Part shown: piece by piece, positions 61,338 through 64,000 of the stretch
How the letters are laid out: the number at the start of each line of letters is the position of its first letter
Numbering within the stretch: position 1 is the stretch's first letter
From: a virus
Virus record (IMG/VR): IMGVR_UViG_3300031853_000030
DNA: 64,000 bases
Strand: one strand, 5' to 3'
Translations under genes and position numbers: made by a program
The notes under the pieces: generated by a model
Told to the model about the DNA's origin: nothing
Database searches by the model: none
Seen by the model: only the letters and a program-made list of their open reading frames with translations

Positions 61338-62890
61338 ATGGAAAATACTGCAACAGCACGACAGAGATGGGCACTCTATTGTATAACCAAGAAGGATTAT
61401 CGCAATGAAATTCTTTCTAAGGAGGAGGCAGCCAAGCTTATTCAAGAACTTGGTACTCCTGATTATAAAAAGAAGTCAAAGAAAACATTGGCTGATGAAC
61501 TTCTAGATTTTATGAAAGAGAATATCGATACTCTCTATGCAGCTTGTCTAAATGAAATTGGTTATAAGTCAATTATTGAGGATGACACTCATATTCCTGA
61601 AGATAAGCGCAAACGATTTGCTTTTGTTGGTTGTGGTTGTGGTATTACTTGGCTTAAGTATCGTAAATCAAAAAGAGCTGAGGAAATTGATAAAGCCGCT
61701 CGTAAGTTTCGTGGAGAGGAAGTTATGAATATGCTAATCAAGAAACTTCCTAAGAAGGATTATAATTATCTTAAGAAGATTGGTTGCCCATTTGAAGCAG
61801 TTTGGTTCCAGATGCAGAATCTCCAGACAAAGTATTATTCTCTAGTAGTAAAGTTTGCAGAAACTAAGGGAATTGAAATGAGAATTGAATCACATATAGA
61901 TTGATGATTACACTTACTATAATTATAGCTATTTGTTTTTATTTATTGACTAAAGATTTATTTGTTAACAATATTGATTGGTGATATGGAATATTTAGTT
62001 ATTGGTTTGCTTATAATCGCAAGTATATGTGTTTGGAATAATGCTTGCAAAGTTATTGGTAAAATATTTACATATATAGAAAACGCATGAAACGAAAATT
62101 GAGTCAAGATTTTTTAGAAACATTGGCAGAACATCGTGCTAAAGAACTCTTTACAAGAGAGTTTTTTGAAACATGTACTGATTCGTGGTATGGTGATGAG
62201 TTCTTTCGATTAAAAGGTGAAGTTACATTTAATGGAAAGTTACTTAAACCTACTGATGATGACGCCTATACTTATATGGGTATATTGCAGCAATATAAGA
62301 ACATTTATCAAGACAATTATTTTGCTCAAGAAAATGCGATGTATCAATATAATGGAATAATAAGCAAAATGCACGAGATAATTGATGATATTGATGAGGG
62401 CAATAAGCGTTACAAGGCATTTGAATGTGACCCTGAAATAGTTACTAAATTAAAAGACATTGGCAATTATTTTGTCAATTTGTACAATAAAGAATATAAA
62501 ACATATAAAAAGAAGCATAAAGATGTGGCCTAAAGAATATATTGATTATTTGCGTTGGAGATGTAAAATGAATTGGCACTCCAGATATTTGAAGTCAAAT
62601 TGGTATATTGACCAATGGATTAGTGGTGTAACTTCTGAGCAAATGGATTATTTTATAAATCATGAAATGCCAAATTTGATTGCTCGAAAAATATATAAGC
62701 CTATATGAAAACAAAAGACGAAACTGTTTTAAAACGACTCAAGAAAATACAAGAAACGACAGAATTATTAAGAAATCCATTGTACAATGATTTTTGTGGT
62801 TCACATTTTTGGCATGATATTGACGAAAGATTACAAGCAATTATAAAAGATATTGAGCAAAATCTTAAAGGATTTGGTATTATAAAGTAA
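61338..62890 (+). other. early hypothetical CDSs (61338-61904, 62087-62533, ~62523-62708, 62705-62890)
   Basis: ORF track. Confidence 0.65.
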
Positions 62891-62905
62891 TTACAGAGTT
62901 ATACG

Positions 62906-62940
62906 AGAGTTAACCAGATTTATTCTGATTAACTCTTTTT
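62906..62940 (+). terminator. intrinsic terminator
   Basis: AGAGTTAA.CAGA-ttta-TTCTG.TTAACTCT plus T run. Confidence 0.7.
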
Positions 62941-63022
62941 ATTGTGTTAATAAGTTTTATTACTTAATAAAAAATGTTAATTCGCGTTAATGTCTGATAA
63001 TAGAAAAATTTTTATATATAAT

Positions 63023-63062
63023 TTGAATTTTTTTAATAGCATATCTATATTATATATGTAAA
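63023..63062 (+). promoter_or_regulatory. phage early promoter
   Basis: TTGAA-N17-CTATATTATATATGTAA. Confidence 0.8.
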
Positions 63063-63081
63063 ACAACAAAATTTTAGTATT

Positions 63082-63999
63082 ATGACAGAAATTCTTACAG
63101 CAGTTCAAAGAGCAATCAACGAATACGGAATTGAAAACATTTCAATGGTTGGTTATAATTACCACGGTCGCTATGAGGATGATGATTGTTATTTTACTTA
63201 TTATAACAATGTGACTGGTGAGTTTTTCGGTGATCAGTGGACTACACGATTTGCTTGTCCGGCATATGGATGCTATGAATGTCAGACACTTGAAGAAGCT
63301 GATAAGAAGGGATATATTGATCACGAGAAGTTGTTTAATTTTAAGAAGATGCAGCTCATCAATAGTTTCAATAACTTTAAGTTCGATTGTATTTGGGGAG
63401 AAAAATTTGAGAAAATCGCACCATTTGGTCTTCGAGTTGAGGTTACTCGCGGTCGTAAATGGAAAGGAACTGGATTCCTTGTTGGAACATTTACCACATC
63501 ATATCAGTGGGGCGTAAAACTTTGGCGTTCAAATAATGATTATGGTACATCAACAACACGTCATGCAAAAATATATGATCCAACAACTAATCATATTGAA
63601 ACTGTAACTGCAGATTACGTTAAGTTTTTGGATCTCGATAATATTATTGAACAGTATAAGAAAGATATGATTGCTATTGTTGAAGCAACTACAGTAGATG
63701 ACTTCACAATTGGTAAGAATGGTACTTCTTATTCTCCTTATTCAGGTGACTCAAATGACACCAAAATGAATATCAATTGCGAAATTGTATCATTTATGAA
63801 GTATCTTGAGTCAAAAGGAAATAAGCTTAATCTCAATAATGCCTATGATGTAATTGAAGAAGAAAAGAAAGCAAAACAGGAAGCATTCAAAGCTTCAAAG
63901 ATGCCCGGTATTATTGAATGGGTAAAGAACAATACAGATAAGACAACTGAAGAAGAGATACTTAAACTTGCAGAACACATTTTCAATAAAAGATACTAA
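63082..63999 (+). CDS. early hypothetical protein
   Basis: 305-aa complete ORF after an early promoter. Confidence 0.75.
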   Translation: MTEILTAVQRAINEYGIENISMVGYNYHGRYEDDDCYFTYYNNVTGEFFGDQWTTRFACPAYGCYECQTLEEADKKGYIDHEKLFNFKKMQLINSFNNFKFDCIWGEKFEKIAPFGLRVEVTRGRKWKGTGFLVGTFTTSYQWGVKLWRSNNDYGTSTTRHAKIYDPTTNHIETVTADYVKFLDLDNIIEQYKKDMIAIVEATTVDDFTIGKNGTSYSPYSGDSNDTKMNINCEIVSFMKYLESKGNKLNLNNAYDVIEEEKKAKQEAFKASKMPGIIEWVKNNTDKTTEEEILKLAEHIFNKRY

Positions 64000-64000
64000 T

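Noticed and set aside
1..64000. TAG-to-Gln recoding (code 15) as in Lak phages
   Set aside because: Long genes on both strands (up to 810 aa) are intact under code 11 and coding density is already high.

Overview
A 64-kb, very AT-rich (roughly 25-30% GC by eye) segment of a large lytic myovirus-type (jumbo/mega) phage genome, read in standard code 11. The host is most likely a Bacteroidetes: there are no Shine-Dalgarno motifs, pre-ATG contexts are A/T-rich, and several small ORFs are of Bacteroides/Prevotella-phage type. Transcription is strand-partitioned. The + strand carries early/middle genes behind a conserved TTGAA-N16/17-CTATATTA promoter. These include a DinG-like helicase, RuvC-like resolvase, gp32-like SSB, two N4/N6 DNA methyltransferases, NADAR, IF-1, UDP-galactopyranose mutase and many small hypotheticals. 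The - strand carries late/virion genes behind a TATTTTTA motif: baseplate gp6/gp25-like proteins, endolysin, a fibre-like module, glycosyltransferases, and about 14 proteins sharing a T4-like capsid-targeting N-terminus. Hairpin terminators separate the blocks. The best candidate for an undescribed system is 32818-41241, a cytosine hypermodification operon. It has a T4 gp42-like dCMP hydroxymethylase, a dNMP kinase and a T4 alpha-glucosyltransferase homologue. It adds its own sugar-activation route (AlsE-type allulose-6-phosphate 3-epimerase, nucleotidyltransferase-kinase fusion, KdsC-like phosphatase), a second glycosyltransferase, a divergent C5 methyltransferase and an embedded antisense structured RNA. 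I infer DNA decorated with a rare sugar, possibly allulose- or allose-derived. Other highlights are two further structured non-coding elements at 4.7-5.2 kb, a set of putative injected enzymes (RimK-protease fusion, AAA+, ParB-like, GNATs), and a Glf plus DUF4422 pair suggesting galactofuranosylation of virion or host surface. All family calls rest on motif recognition by eye; no database searches were run.
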